Virus record (IMG/VR): IMGVR_UViG_3300018080_000099
Span: 192,001 to 256,000 of that record
Strand: one strand, 5' to 3'
DNA from: a virus
Length of the DNA: 64,000 nucleotides
Shown here one piece after another: positions 48,422-58,817 of this stretch. Under the pieces are notes generated by a model. That model saw only the letters and a program-made list of their open reading frames with translations. It ran no database searches and had not been told where the DNA came from. Position 1 is the first letter of the stretch. Every line of letters begins with the position of its first letter. Both the position numbers and the translations under genes were made by a program.

Positions 48422-49185
48422 TTATTCCAATGCTAAAAGGTGGAGTGGGAAACCAACTATTCCAAATTGCATGTGCATATGCTTATGCGAAAAAGCATGG
48501 CACAGACTTTGCCATTAACTATAGCCTGAGCTTTTGTCCTAATCAGGGATTTTCAGCACCCAAATACAAGGACACGCTTTTCAAGAACATATCTGTCACA
48601 ACAGTACATCCTCATAAAATCATGAAGGAGAACGGGAACGCCTACCGAGAACTTCCATTTCTTGAAGGCGACTTCATTTTGGATGGGTTCTTTCAGTCTG
48701 AGAAGTTCTTTGCGGATTGTGTAGACGAGATTAAAGAACTGTTTGTGTTCCCTGAAAATGTCAAGAGCGCTGTAGACAAATTCATGAAGGTAAAACTAAG
48801 TACGCCATCCAATCATCCCATTGCCGGAGTTCATATTCGAAGGGGAGACTACAAAAAATTCAGTCACGAATATATTCTCAATGGTTCGGAATACTACTTA
48901 GCCGCCGCCAAGCATCTGCCGGGTTTTGTGTCAGTGGTTTGTACAGACGACTGGAGTTCAGTGAGTAAGGAAATGACATTTGCCAAAGCCGAGAAGTCAC
49001 CATTCACAGACGAGGTTCACGACCTTTACCTTCTTTCCCAGTGTGATGCAGTTGTCATGTGTAACAGCAGTTTCTCATGGTGGGCGGCATTTCTTGGCAA
49101 AGATAAGAAGGTCATTGCTCCGAACAACTGGTTTGTCCACAAGTCCGCAGAGGACATGTATTGTAAGGATTGGATAAGAATATGA
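48418..49185 (+). CDS. alpha-1,2-fucosyltransferase (GT11)
   Basis: GGVGNQLFQIACAYAYA matches GT11 motif I (LGNQMFQYAFA). Size and the FFQSEKFF block are consistent. Confidence 0.7.
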   Translation: MIIPMLKGGVGNQLFQIACAYAYAKKHGTDFAINYSLSFCPNQGFSAPKYKDTLFKNISVTTVHPHKIMKENGNAYRELPFLEGDFILDGFFQSEKFFADCVDEIKELFVFPENVKSAVDKFMKVKLSTPSNHPIAGVHIRRGDYKKFSHEYILNGSEYYLAAAKHLPGFVSVVCTDDWSSVSKEMTFAKAEKSPFTDEVHDLYLLSQCDAVVMCNSSFSWWAAFLGKDKKVIAPNNWFVHKSAEDMYCKDWIRI

Positions 49186-50015
49186 TGGAAGTGAAAATAG
49201 TTGATAGGAACTTCGCTCACGCATATCTATTTGGCAACGGAGACTTGAAGATGTCTGCCAAAGAGATGCAGTGGTATAGGGGCAATGATGCGAGAGACAT
49301 TTGCTTTTTTACAGACATGACTCTGGGAGAAGTGAATAACTTTCAACTTCCACGGAGCCGTATCAATGTGGCATGGCTTTTGGAACCACCTTCAGTTGCT
49401 TTACAAACGTACAATTGGATTAAGTCAAATTACGAGTTCTTTGACTACGTTTTGACTTACAACAAGGAGTTGCTTTCGATTTCACCTAAGTTCAAATGGT
49501 ATCCACACGGCGGCTGTTGGATTTATCCTAAGGACTGGAAAGTCCATCGGAAGTCCAAAGACGTTTCCATGATTGCTTCCAACAAGAACTTTACAGCTGG
49601 ACATCGTTTGAGACATGATGTGATGAATCGGCTCGGTAGTAACATAGACTTAGTATGTGGACGAGGGCATAAACCCTTTGAATACAAACTCGATGTTTTG
49701 AAAGATTATAGATACTCCATAGTCATAGAGAATGGCAGATACGAAACATACTTCACAGAGAAGCTTATAGACTGCTTCATGACCGGAACAGTTCCGATTT
49801 ATTGGGGATGTTCGCTTAAGGGTTTGTTTGAGGAAGGCGGCATCTTGTACTTCGAAACAATAGATGAGCTACAAGAAATTCTGAGGAAAATCCGTGAGGG
49901 TGAGATTGATTATGACAAGATGCTTTGTTCGGTGTACTACAATGTCAAAGTCGCAGAACGATATGCAATAACTGAGAACTGGATTTACGAGAACTTCATA
50001 AAGAGGATAGTATGA
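49182..50015 (+). CDS. alpha-1,3/4-fucosyltransferase-like (GT10)
   Basis: YRYSIVIENGRYETYFTEKLIDCFMTGTVPIYWG matches the GT10 motif FYLAFENS...Y(I/V)TEK...G(A/T)VPVV. ATG at 49182 chosen over the upstream TTG. Confidence 0.6.
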   Translation: MMEVKIVDRNFAHAYLFGNGDLKMSAKEMQWYRGNDARDICFFTDMTLGEVNNFQLPRSRINVAWLLEPPSVALQTYNWIKSNYEFFDYVLTYNKELLSISPKFKWYPHGGCWIYPKDWKVHRKSKDVSMIASNKNFTAGHRLRHDVMNRLGSNIDLVCGRGHKPFEYKLDVLKDYRYSIVIENGRYETYFTEKLIDCFMTGTVPIYWGCSLKGLFEEGGILYFETIDELQEILRKIREGEIDYDKMLCSVYYNVKVAERYAITENWIYENFIKRIV

Positions 50016-51361
50016 TTAAGCTAGTAATTTTCGACCTCGATGGTGTCCTAACCGAATCAAAAGACTTACACTTCAATGCTTTGAATAGAGCTTTGGAGGA
50101 TTTCGGGTTCACCGCTATCACTTACAAAGAACACATCTCCAAGTATGATGGTAAGCCGACCGCAGTGAAGCTTGCGATAAAGGGAGTCGATGAAGAACTA
50201 CACCTGAAGATTAATGAGCGCAAGCAGGAAATCACGGCGGACCTTTTGGATAAGAAGATTAAGAAGGACGAGAAGTTTATTGACTTGTTCAAACGGCTGA
50301 AGCAAGACGGATACATTATCAACGTGGCATCCAATTCTGTGATGTACACGATACAGTTGGTTCTTTTCAAGATGGGAGTTATGCGGTATGTCGACCACAT
50401 CGTATCAAATCAAGATGTGGAATTTGGCAAACCTCATCCAGAGATGTACATGAAGTGTATGGTACATTCTAAGGTCGGCCCAAAGGACGCAATCATTATT
50501 GAGGATTCCTACGTGGGAAGGCAGGGTGCCTTCAACTCTGGGGCTCATCTGTGTGCAGTCCGAAATCCTGATGAAGTAACATACGAGTTCATTAAAAACA
50601 ATATTGCAATCGCAAACGGTGAGAAACCGAAGTGGAAGGGGAACAATATGAATATACTTATTCCTATGGCTGGCGCTGGTAGTCGGTTCACAAAGGCGGG
50701 ATTTACTTTCCCGAAGCCTTTGATTGAAGTAAACGGAAAGCCCATGATTCAGGTTGTCGTGGACAATATCAACATTGAAGGGAACTACATCTTCATTGTT
50801 CGCAAGGAACACTACGAGAAGTACAATCTGAATTACATGCTTGATATGATTGCGCCGGGCTGTAAGATTGTTCAGGTTGACCGTTTGACGGAAGGCGCGG
50901 CATGTACAACCCTTCTTGCCAAGGAATACATCGACAATGACGAACAGCTTTTGATTGCCAACTCAGACCAGTGGATTGACTGGGATAGCTCAGACTTCAT
51001 GTATTCCGTTCAGGGAAACCATGTGGACGGCGGAGTTCTGACATTCCCGAATGCTCATCCGAAGTGGTCTTATGCCAAGGTTGACAAGAACGGCTTTGTG
51101 ACTGACATTAAGGAGAAGAAGGTTATCTCCAACAAAGCAACTGTTGGTATCTATCATTGGAAACGAGGTTCGGATTATGTGAGGTTCGCTGAGCAAATGA
51201 TAGAGAAGGATGTTCGTGTCAATGGTGAGTTCTATGTGGCTCCTGTCTACAATGAAGCTATTGCCGACGGAAAGAAGTTTAAGATTTATGATGTGAAGAA
51301 GATGATGGGACTGGGAACACCGGAAGACTTGGACATCTTTTTGAAGGAAAAGCTTGGATGA
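50012..51361 (+). CDS. bifunctional HAD-phosphatase / sugar-phosphate nucleotidyltransferase
   Basis: N-terminal LVIFDLDGVLTESKD (HAD motif I). C-terminal half MNILIPMAGAGSRF...KPLIEVNGKPMI is the NTP_transferase signature. Confidence 0.6.
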   Translation: MIKLVIFDLDGVLTESKDLHFNALNRALEDFGFTAITYKEHISKYDGKPTAVKLAIKGVDEELHLKINERKQEITADLLDKKIKKDEKFIDLFKRLKQDGYIINVASNSVMYTIQLVLFKMGVMRYVDHIVSNQDVEFGKPHPEMYMKCMVHSKVGPKDAIIIEDSYVGRQGAFNSGAHLCAVRNPDEVTYEFIKNNIAIANGEKPKWKGNNMNILIPMAGAGSRFTKAGFTFPKPLIEVNGKPMIQVVVDNINIEGNYIFIVRKEHYEKYNLNYMLDMIAPGCKIVQVDRLTEGAACTTLLAKEYIDNDEQLLIANSDQWIDWDSSDFMYSVQGNHVDGGVLTFPNAHPKWSYAKVDKNGFVTDIKEKKVISNKATVGIYHWKRGSDYVRFAEQMIEKDVRVNGEFYVAPVYNEAIADGKKFKIYDVKKMMGLGTPEDLDIFLKEKLG

Positions 51362-51969
51362 AAATTGTAGTAGTCGGGATGTTTCGAGCAGGCAGTACGG
51401 TTTTGTTCAACATGATTCGTTATATGCTCATTGAGGAATATGGGAAAGACGAAGTGTACTCATGTTATTATCCTAAGCGCAATCCGAAGAAAGAGAAAAA
51501 ATATGTTGTGATGAAACAGCATGACTTTGATGCCGGCCTTCTTGAAGAATCCGATATGGTGTTTACTACAAGAAGGGACATCCGAGATGTCGTAGCATCA
51601 CTCATTCGGAGAGATGGGCGACATCGGTGGAAGTCCATTCCGAAAGTTTGTCAGTGGGCCAAGGACTGTTACGACGGATGGAAAAAACATTCAACGTATG
51701 AGTTTGTTTACGAAAGATATAAAGCCAATCCCTTGAAAGTCATCAAAGAAGTCGGTGCCATATTGAACATTGACTGTAAGGCTAGGAAGATTCAAGAAAA
51801 GTTGGAGGCCCTTAAAAAGCCACGACAACCAAGGGAAACTCTGATAATGTCAGCCAAACACGTTACAGATGGCTCAGTCCATTCATTTGCAAAGACATTG
51901 GACGAAAAGGAAATTAAAATTATAGAGGAAATGGCAAATGATTTACTGTATAGGAAACAGCCATGTTAA
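51358..51969 (+). CDS. sulfotransferase
   Basis: VGMFRAGSTVLFNMI resembles the 5'-PSB loop. TRRDIRDVVASLIRR resembles the 3'-PB motif. Confidence 0.55.
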   Translation: MKIVVVGMFRAGSTVLFNMIRYMLIEEYGKDEVYSCYYPKRNPKKEKKYVVMKQHDFDAGLLEESDMVFTTRRDIRDVVASLIRRDGRHRWKSIPKVCQWAKDCYDGWKKHSTYEFVYERYKANPLKVIKEVGAILNIDCKARKIQEKLEALKKPRQPRETLIMSAKHVTDGSVHSFAKTLDEKEIKIIEEMANDLLYRKQPC

Positions 51970-52564
51970 TACTTTTTCAAACTCCAAACCGTTATGCTTC
52001 AGCTTTCATAACAAGCATTTTGTTGGCCACAGTATAGGACCAATAATCGCTTATAACTTTAGGAAGAATCATCTTTCTAAAGTGCTGAACTATTTGAAGT
52101 CCACGAGTATCCAAAAGAAAAATGACTTCGTGACATTGGTTGTTGGGGAAGTTGACTGTAGACTTCATTTACCAAGGCAGGCAGATTTACAGAAAAGAAA
52201 GGACAAAGATATGGCTGAAGAATGTACTCAAAGATTGATGGAATGTTATGATGAGTTAAGAGATAAAGGATTCAGAGTACTTGTTTGTGGCACGCATCCT
52301 ACCACAACTTATACTGAAAAAGATATTGACAATGTAGTAGTCGGCCCGATATACGGAGATGTTGAGAGAAGAAATCAGATATGTTTGTACTGGAATGAGT
52401 CATTGAAAACCATGAGTGAAGAGCGGAATATCCCCTTCATTTCTATCTATAAATATCTTGTCGATGCAAACAACATTACTAAGATGGAATTCTATCAGGA
52501 CTATTGCCATCTTAAAAGCGATAGAGTTTTTGAATTTATCCTGAGGGAACTGGAATCATTATGA
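51938..52564 (+). CDS. hypothetical protein, possibly SGNH/GDSL-like hydrolase
   Basis: N-terminus MIYCIGNSHV weakly resembles SGNH block I. 208 aa. Confidence 0.3.
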   Translation: MIYCIGNSHVNTFSNSKPLCFSFHNKHFVGHSIGPIIAYNFRKNHLSKVLNYLKSTSIQKKNDFVTLVVGEVDCRLHLPRQADLQKRKDKDMAEECTQRLMECYDELRDKGFRVLVCGTHPTTTYTEKDIDNVVVGPIYGDVERRNQICLYWNESLKTMSEERNIPFISIYKYLVDANNITKMEFYQDYCHLKSDRVFEFILRELESL

Positions 52565-53316
52565 AATTGAGCTTCGATGATGTTAGAAACACGCAACAGG
52601 GCGCACCAGCTTTGATAGTCGCCCACGGGCCAAGTTCAAATGAATATTTGGACAAAATCGCTTACTACAAGAATCTGGGGTTTGTCATTGTAGGAACCAA
52701 TGACTGGTTCCTTTTTCACGATGAAGAACCTCATTATTCGGTAATGGCTAATAGTGTCTTTACAATTCAGACGAAACATGTTATCTTTAATAGATACAAT
52801 ACTAAGTTGGTGTATGCTGATTCAGTCGATGCGACTCCTAAGGAAATGGCAGAACAGGTTTTGAAAGTTGATTACCTTCCTTACGACCAACGCCACTTCA
52901 TGGGAATGCCGTGTGGATGCGGAGCCTGCTGTTCAAGGATAGACGGTTCAAGGCTTACGATTCAGGAAGAACTCCAAAAGTACTGTAACGCGGACAAGCA
53001 TTATGGAACGGGTGACACAGTTGCCCTCCATCAGATTGCTTTTGCAATCCTGTTAGGATGCAATCCGATTTACTTTGTGGGAGTTGACTTGGACTACCGA
53101 CTTGGCTTTGCAAGAAACACAGGAAACAAGACTTCAAAATCAGTTCACATTGGAGCTATAAACGATTATCGAGATAACATCCTAAAGGATATGCAGACAA
53201 TTAAAGAAATGGTTACTCCTTTGGGAGTGAAGATTGTAAACCTGAATAAAGCATCCACATGGGATGTGTTTGAAATTGGAGAGATTGATGAAGGTTTTCA
53301 GCCTAACGCCAGCTAG
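52561..53316 (+). CDS. Maf/DUF115-like or GT42 (CstII-like) nonulosonic-acid transferase (tentative)
   Basis: LIVAHGPSSNE and GCNPIYFVGVDLDY resemble CstII VIIAGNGPSLKE and GYKEIYLSGIDFYQ. Adjacent to the NeuA-like gene. Confidence 0.4.
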   Translation: MKLSFDDVRNTQQGAPALIVAHGPSSNEYLDKIAYYKNLGFVIVGTNDWFLFHDEEPHYSVMANSVFTIQTKHVIFNRYNTKLVYADSVDATPKEMAEQVLKVDYLPYDQRHFMGMPCGCGACCSRIDGSRLTIQEELQKYCNADKHYGTGDTVALHQIAFAILLGCNPIYFVGVDLDYRLGFARNTGNKTSKSVHIGAINDYRDNILKDMQTIKEMVTPLGVKIVNLNKASTWDVFEIGEIDEGFQPNAS

Positions 53317-53953
53317 AGGCGGCTCAAAAAGAATTCCCAACAAAGCTGTGGTTGACCTCTGTGGACGACCGCTTATTGAATGGACTCTGAGAGATTCAAT
53401 ACAGTCCAACCGGATTGACAAATCATATGTCAGCACGGATTCACAACTCATAAAGGACGAAATTCGGCAATTGCCCGTCGAAGTTGTGGATAGGCCTTCA
53501 GAGTTTGCTGGGGATAAATCTAGCTCTGAGTCGGTGGTAAAACATTGGCTGAGCACGCTGGACGAGAAGCCCGATATTATTGTGATGCTTCAGTGTACCG
53601 GACCATTCAGGCAGAGAGAAACTCTTGATAATGCCATTCAGAAACTGATAGATGAAAAGGCTGACAGTCTTTTTTTTGGCTCAGATTTGGGAAGGTGGAT
53701 TTGGTCAACAAGCAATGTTCCTCTAAATTACGACTACCGCAACCGAATAATGACTCAAGACAAAGAATGGGAGCTTGTGGAAGGCAGCGATTACATTTTC
53801 ACACGAAAGCTCTTTGAGGAAACTGGTTTTAGGCTTGGTGGAAAAATTGTTCATTACAAGATAGAAAAGCTGGAGAGTATAGATATAGACGACAAAGACG
53901 ATTTGATAATCGCTCGTGGAGTGGCTCAAACAAAGGGGTATATGTATGATTAA
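53288..53953 (+). CDS. CMP-nonulosonic acid synthetase (acylneuraminate cytidylyltransferase family)
   Basis: Start at in-frame ATG 53288. LTPARGGSKRIPNKAV is the family signature. Confidence 0.7.
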   Translation: MKVFSLTPARGGSKRIPNKAVVDLCGRPLIEWTLRDSIQSNRIDKSYVSTDSQLIKDEIRQLPVEVVDRPSEFAGDKSSSESVVKHWLSTLDEKPDIIVMLQCTGPFRQRETLDNAIQKLIDEKADSLFFGSDLGRWIWSTSNVPLNYDYRNRIMTQDKEWELVEGSDYIFTRKLFEETGFRLGGKIVHYKIEKLESIDIDDKDDLIIARGVAQTKGYMYD

Positions 53954-54875
53954 TCCTTGGAGAGAAGTGTACGACTTGCCACAATCAGTTGACCCTTGGA
54001 AGAACGGCGTTCCTGATTTTGCATTGTATTTGGACGTCGAGCCTACGAACTTCTGTAATTTTAAGTGCGAGTTCTGTGTAGGACAGCAACAGGGTAAAAG
54101 GAAAAGAGGCCACATGAGCCTCGATATGTTTGCTGAGATTTGTCGGCAGGCAGAGAAGTACGGATGTCGCGGAATTAGGTTTCTCCGGTGGGGAGAACCA
54201 CTCCTCAACAAAGACTTTTTTGAGATGATTCGAATGGCTAAAAACCACGGACTGTTGACACACGTTACTACCAATGGAATATTACTAAAGGATGCAGAGC
54301 AGTTCATTGAAACGGGAATAGATAGCGTAATCATCTCGCTACAAGGACTAAACGCTGAAGAATACAAGAGGCTTCGTAAGGGAAATTATGATGTCCTTGT
54401 ATCTCGAATTGTGAACCTGAAATGTACCAGAGATGAACTAGGTGCCAACAATCCTTTCATTTCTCTTTCAACAACGGTAACTGATGAAACCCAAGAAGAA
54501 GTTGATGCCTTCAAAAAGAAGTGGGAAGGGATTGTAGATTACGTTGGTGTGGGATATACTTGGTTCAAACGCTTAGAAGATAAGAGTGGAGTTCAAGACT
54601 ATCTCTCACGGGCAAAGAAGCTTCCACATCTTTTCAAATGTCAAGAAGTCATGGTGAAGCTCAGCATAGACTGGGACGGCACAGTCTCACCATGTTGCTT
54701 GGACTATGACCAACAGCTTGCCGTTGGCAACATTCAAAATGATGATTTGATGGAGCTTTGGAACTCTGAGGATGTAAAAGCTATTCGAACATTGCTCTCT
54801 CACAAAAGACAGGACATGTTTACTCTTTGTCAAACATGTGAATTGAACTACAACTTCCGAGGGAAAGATGAGTAA
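53946..54875 (+). CDS. radical SAM enzyme with a C-terminal SPASM-like Cys cluster
   Basis: CNFKCEFC (CxxxCxxC). Later CQEV...SPCC and CQTC clusters. Start at in-frame ATG 53946. Confidence 0.7.
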   Translation: MINPWREVYDLPQSVDPWKNGVPDFALYLDVEPTNFCNFKCEFCVGQQQGKRKRGHMSLDMFAEICRQAEKYGCRGIRFLRWGEPLLNKDFFEMIRMAKNHGLLTHVTTNGILLKDAEQFIETGIDSVIISLQGLNAEEYKRLRKGNYDVLVSRIVNLKCTRDELGANNPFISLSTTVTDETQEEVDAFKKKWEGIVDYVGVGYTWFKRLEDKSGVQDYLSRAKKLPHLFKCQEVMVKLSIDWDGTVSPCCLDYDQQLAVGNIQNDDLMELWNSEDVKAIRTLLSHKRQDMFTLCQTCELNYNFRGKDE

Positions 54876-55530
54876 CTACACTGATTTGATTTATCCGGAT
54901 GAAGTCAATCTTTATCCGGCGAAGTTGTGCAAGTACATTCATCAAAGATTCTTTGCGGCTGGTGGTAGGATGCTTGACATCGGATGTAGTAAGGGAACCC
55001 ACCTGAAGGAATTTGAAAGACTGGGGCTAGACACATTTGGGGTTGACCTTCGTAAAGACATGGATAGCGATAAGGTATTCGCCTGCAATTTGGAAAATGA
55101 CCCACTGCCATTTGATGACTTCAAATTTGACTTCGTTTGGTCAAAGTCTGTCGTGGAACACATTACGAATGCTGATAATCTTTTGGATGAAATCTATCGA
55201 GTGCTAAAGCCTCGTGGTGTTTGTGTTATTATGACACCGGACTGGGAAAGCCAGATGTCTCACTTCTGGGATGATTACACACATGTAAAGGCTTGGACAG
55301 TCAAAAGTCTACCGAATGCTTTACGAATGCGAGGCATGGATGCCCGATGTGAAAAGTTCTATCAACTACCTTTCGTATGGAAACATCCGTGGCTGAAGAT
55401 TATTCCTAAGGTGGTTTCAGTTTGTCCTCAGTCTTGGAAGTGGAAAGATGATTCAATGTCGAATGGAAATGACAGGAAGCTCATCAGATTTTCTAAGGAA
55501 CAAATGCTTTTAGCTTGGGGTGTGAAATGA
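54868..55530 (+). CDS. class I SAM-dependent methyltransferase
   Basis: RMLDIGCSKGTHL (motif I) and LKPRGVCVI (post-I/II) blocks. Confidence 0.6.
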   Translation: MSNYTDLIYPDEVNLYPAKLCKYIHQRFFAAGGRMLDIGCSKGTHLKEFERLGLDTFGVDLRKDMDSDKVFACNLENDPLPFDDFKFDFVWSKSVVEHITNADNLLDEIYRVLKPRGVCVIMTPDWESQMSHFWDDYTHVKAWTVKSLPNALRMRGMDARCEKFYQLPFVWKHPWLKIIPKVVSVCPQSWKWKDDSMSNGNDRKLIRFSKEQMLLAWGVK

Positions 55531-55817
55531 TAATCAGGGTTGACATAGACGAAACTATATGTGAGAAGGTTGACAATGCCCGGTATCAAGATGCTACGCC
55601 GATACCCGAAAACATCGCCAAGATAAACCAACTATATAATGATGGACACACCATCATCTACTGGACGTCAAGAGGAATGACTACAGGGTTGGATTGGTCT
55701 GCTGTTACGCAAAGACAGCTCGTAGAGTGGGGTTGCAAGTTCAACAAGCTGGAAATGGGTAAGCCTTTCTATGACATGTTGATTTGTGACAAGAGTAAAA
55801 GGATTGAAGAAATATGA
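55527..55817 (+). CDS. small HAD-like hydrolase (tentative)
   Basis: MIIRVDIDETIC start resembles the HAD DxD motif. 96 aa. Confidence 0.3.
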   Translation: MIIRVDIDETICEKVDNARYQDATPIPENIAKINQLYNDGHTIIYWTSRGMTTGLDWSAVTQRQLVEWGCKFNKLEMGKPFYDMLICDKSKRIEEI

Positions 55818-56464
55818 GAAATGCTATCTTGCTCTCATATCCTCGCTGTGGAAATAGCTGGCTGAGATTTTGTGTGGAGTTCCTAAGTCAAAGGAAAACA
55901 ACTCCGAACAGTCCTAATGCTCAGAAGTTTAGGGAATCAGTTGGTTTGGAGTTTGATACTGAGAAGTTTTTGATGTTCAAGTATCATGGCTGGCGAGATG
56001 TGAAGGAGGATTTATCGGACAGCATCATTCTTCTTTTGAGGAACTACAAGGAATGTATTCCGAGACATTGTAGGCGTATCGAAGATGATGCTACATCTCA
56101 TGGGGAAACACACCCACTCAAGTTCAGTTACATTGACAACCTTTTGTACTTTGAGAGGTCGTCATTCAAGAATAAGCATGTTGTCTATTATGAGGATTTG
56201 ATTGTACAACCGATGGTTGTTTTGAGGGACCTACTGAACTTTTTGGATGTTGATGATGGCCGATTGCTGGAGTTCTTTGAGAGGTACGATGAAATAAAGG
56301 ACAAGTCTATTGAAGCTTATAGTGAATCTCAAACTCAGGGCAAGGAAGTATTAGTCCACTCCAAGAAGTTCTCACGGGAAGAAATATTGAAGTTTGATGA
56401 ATTGGTTAAAGCCCAAAGCCCAGAGTGCTATGAAAAATACTTAATCAGATATTATGGGGTTTGA
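55814..56464 (+). CDS. sulfotransferase (second copy)
   Basis: LLSYPRCGNSWLRFCVE resembles the 5'-PSB motif. LLLRNYKECIPR resembles the 3'-PB motif. Confidence 0.5.
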   Translation: MRNAILLSYPRCGNSWLRFCVEFLSQRKTTPNSPNAQKFRESVGLEFDTEKFLMFKYHGWRDVKEDLSDSIILLLRNYKECIPRHCRRIEDDATSHGETHPLKFSYIDNLLYFERSSFKNKHVVYYEDLIVQPMVVLRDLLNFLDVDDGRLLEFFERYDEIKDKSIEAYSESQTQGKEVLVHSKKFSREEILKFDELVKAQSPECYEKYLIRYYGV

Positions 56465-56466
56465 AA

Positions 56467-56799
56467 ATGCAAATTGTAAAGAAGGTATGGGGCGAGGAAC
56501 GATGGTTAGCCAATGCTGACTTTTGTTGTAAGGAGCTTATCCTTGAGAGAGGATTTAGGTGTAGTCTGCACTACCACAAAAAGAAAGATGAACTGTTCTA
56601 TGTTTTGGAAGGACAAGTTTTGCTTGAGATAAACGGAGAAGAGCATGTCTTAAGTCCCGGTGCTTGGTACAGAGTTTACCCTAACGACATCCACCGATTT
56701 AACGGATGGGCTCGCTCCTTAATACTTGAAAGCTCAACACATCACGAAGATGAAGATTCATATAGGATTGAACCTAGTGGGAGGATGTATGAACACTAA
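56467..56799 (+). CDS. cupin-domain protein (sugar isomerase/epimerase-like)
   Basis: KVWGEERWL...HYHKKKDELFYVLEG...HRF is the two-His cupin signature. ATG at 56467. Confidence 0.45.
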   Translation: MQIVKKVWGEERWLANADFCCKELILERGFRCSLHYHKKKDELFYVLEGQVLLEINGEEHVLSPGAWYRVYPNDIHRFNGWARSLILESSTHHEDEDSYRIEPSGRMYEH

Positions 56800-57625
56800 G
56801 CTTGTAGCCGAAATCGGCATCAACCATAATGGCGATATGGAAATCGTCAAGAAGCTTATTGACAATGCCGTTGAAGGCGGATGTCAGTATGTGAAGTTCC
56901 AGAAGAGGACTGTTGAGGATGTTTACACACCGGAAGAACTTGACAAATACCGCGAGTCTCCGTGGGGAACAACCAACCGTCAGCAGAAGATGGGATTGGA
57001 GTTTGGCAAAGATGAGTATGACGAAATAGACGCATATTGCAAAGAGAAGGGGATTGAATGGTTCGCCTCTCCGTGGGATGCCAAATCCGTTGACTTTCTC
57101 ATGGAATACAACCCTCCTTACATCAAAGTTGCTTCGGCAATGGTAACAAACAAACCAATGCTGGAAAAGATTAAGGAAGCAGTTGACGGAACTGATACTA
57201 GAGTTATTGTAGCTGTTGGTATGACAACCGAAGATGAATTGGAAGCTTACTTGGACATCCTTGGTGAATACACGGACTATATTCTTTCATGTACTTCAAG
57301 TTATCCTACACCAGTTGAGGATATGAATATGAATCGTATTAAAACGCTTCAGGATAAGTATGGTCCGTTGTATAACATTGGATTCTCAAACCATTCACAG
57401 GGAATCACTTTCATGCTCATGGCATACTGCCTTGGCGCTAAAATGATTGAGTACCACATCACACTTGACAGAACAATGTACGGAAGCGACCAAGCAGCAT
57501 CCATTGAGACTCCCGGTGTTAGGAGAATCAGAAAGTATCTTGAATCATTTGATAAGGCTTGGGGCAATGGGGCGCTTGGATGTCAGCCTAGTGAAGTTCC
57601 TATCAAGGAGAAGTTGAGAAAATGA
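56789..57625 (+). CDS. nonulosonic acid synthase (NeuB/PseI/LegI family)
   Basis: LVAEIGINHNGDMEIVKKLIDNAVEGGCQYVKFQ is the NeuB-family N-terminal signature. Start at 56789 with RBS gggagga. Confidence 0.75.
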   Translation: MNTKLVAEIGINHNGDMEIVKKLIDNAVEGGCQYVKFQKRTVEDVYTPEELDKYRESPWGTTNRQQKMGLEFGKDEYDEIDAYCKEKGIEWFASPWDAKSVDFLMEYNPPYIKVASAMVTNKPMLEKIKEAVDGTDTRVIVAVGMTTEDELEAYLDILGEYTDYILSCTSSYPTPVEDMNMNRIKTLQDKYGPLYNIGFSNHSQGITFMLMAYCLGAKMIEYHITLDRTMYGSDQAASIETPGVRRIRKYLESFDKAWGNGALGCQPSEVPIKEKLRK

Positions 57626-58494
57626 GAGAGCTGATAATTTTTATGGCCTCCCGAGGCCCAAACATTTTGACTTCAAGGACAACCGAAGCTATTGATTCAA
57701 TCATGAACAACATTGGGATTGAGGACTACGCCTTCTACTTTGTCTTTGACAATGAAGATTACATGAACCACTTCGTTTCCTATGTTCCACCTGAACACAT
57801 TGAGAAAGCTGTTATGTCTCAAGGAACGACATGGGCTCAAATCTTTAACCAGTTCTTTGACGAATACTGCATGACGGATAAGTCACGATACATTCTTGTA
57901 TCACACGATGATGTCATTGCCATGACGAAGAACTTCTATCCAATGACGATGGAAGAAATTTCAGGTTATGAGGACCAAATCGGATGGATAACATACTCAA
58001 GCATAGGCTACTTCCATCAGGACAAACGAACCTCAAACTCTGTGAGAGCTGGATTCTTTAAGGACAGAGGAAAGTTCCCTAGCATTTTTGAGTTCCATTC
58101 CGACATCTTGGACTATCCTACAAGAGCAGTTAGGACGTTCGGACCGTTCACTCACTTCAATTTGGTAAAGACAAGTGCTTTGAAAGAGATTGGTAAGTGT
58201 GAGGACTGGACAGTTGGTGGAGTTCTGACAGACGAGGATTGGTCGCTTGAGTCCTTGATAAAGGGATACTACAATGTGTGGGTGCCGACAGTCCATTACT
58301 TCCATCCCAACAAACCAACCAGACGCATTTATGATACTTTGTCGGATGCTCCACAAGCCCACGAGGGCTTCAGAAATAAGTGGGGATTCGATACACCAAT
58401 ACCATATCAGGAAGCTGACAAGTTGATTGAGAAGTATCCGCACTTGGCAGACTATGCTCACAAGAACTCATACGATTGGATGTACTTAAAATGA
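57622..58494 (+). CDS. putative GT-A-fold glycosyltransferase
   Basis: ILVSHDDVIAM DXD-like motif. 290 aa. Confidence 0.3.
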   Translation: MRELIIFMASRGPNILTSRTTEAIDSIMNNIGIEDYAFYFVFDNEDYMNHFVSYVPPEHIEKAVMSQGTTWAQIFNQFFDEYCMTDKSRYILVSHDDVIAMTKNFYPMTMEEISGYEDQIGWITYSSIGYFHQDKRTSNSVRAGFFKDRGKFPSIFEFHSDILDYPTRAVRTFGPFTHFNLVKTSALKEIGKCEDWTVGGVLTDEDWSLESLIKGYYNVWVPTVHYFHPNKPTRRIYDTLSDAPQAHEGFRNKWGFDTPIPYQEADKLIEKYPHLADYAHKNSYDWMYLK

Positions 58495-58817
58495 ACGAAG
58501 CAAGAATAGAAGATTTTACGCGTGGGTGGTTTGTAGGCGACTTTGACCCCACACTATATAAGACAGGTGATGTTGAAGTTGCCTATAAAACTTACAAAGC
58601 TGGTGACAAAGAAGCCAAACACTATCACAAGATAGCAACCGAGATTTCCATTGTGACTAAGGGAGTCGTCCTGATGAACGGTAAGGAATACCGTAAGGGC
58701 GACATCATTGTTATGGAACCTTACGATGTGGCAGACTTTAGTGTAGTTGAAGATGCTGAGAACATTGTTGTCAAGATTCCCGGTGCTACCAATGACAAGT
58801 ACGAGGTCGAAGAATGA
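58491..58817 (+). CDS. cupin-domain protein
   Basis: Small beta-barrel-like sequence with HYHK...E. Start at in-frame ATG 58491. Confidence 0.35.
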   Translation: MNEARIEDFTRGWFVGDFDPTLYKTGDVEVAYKTYKAGDKEAKHYHKIATEISIVTKGVVLMNGKEYRKGDIIVMEPYDVADFSVVEDAENIVVKIPGATNDKYEVEE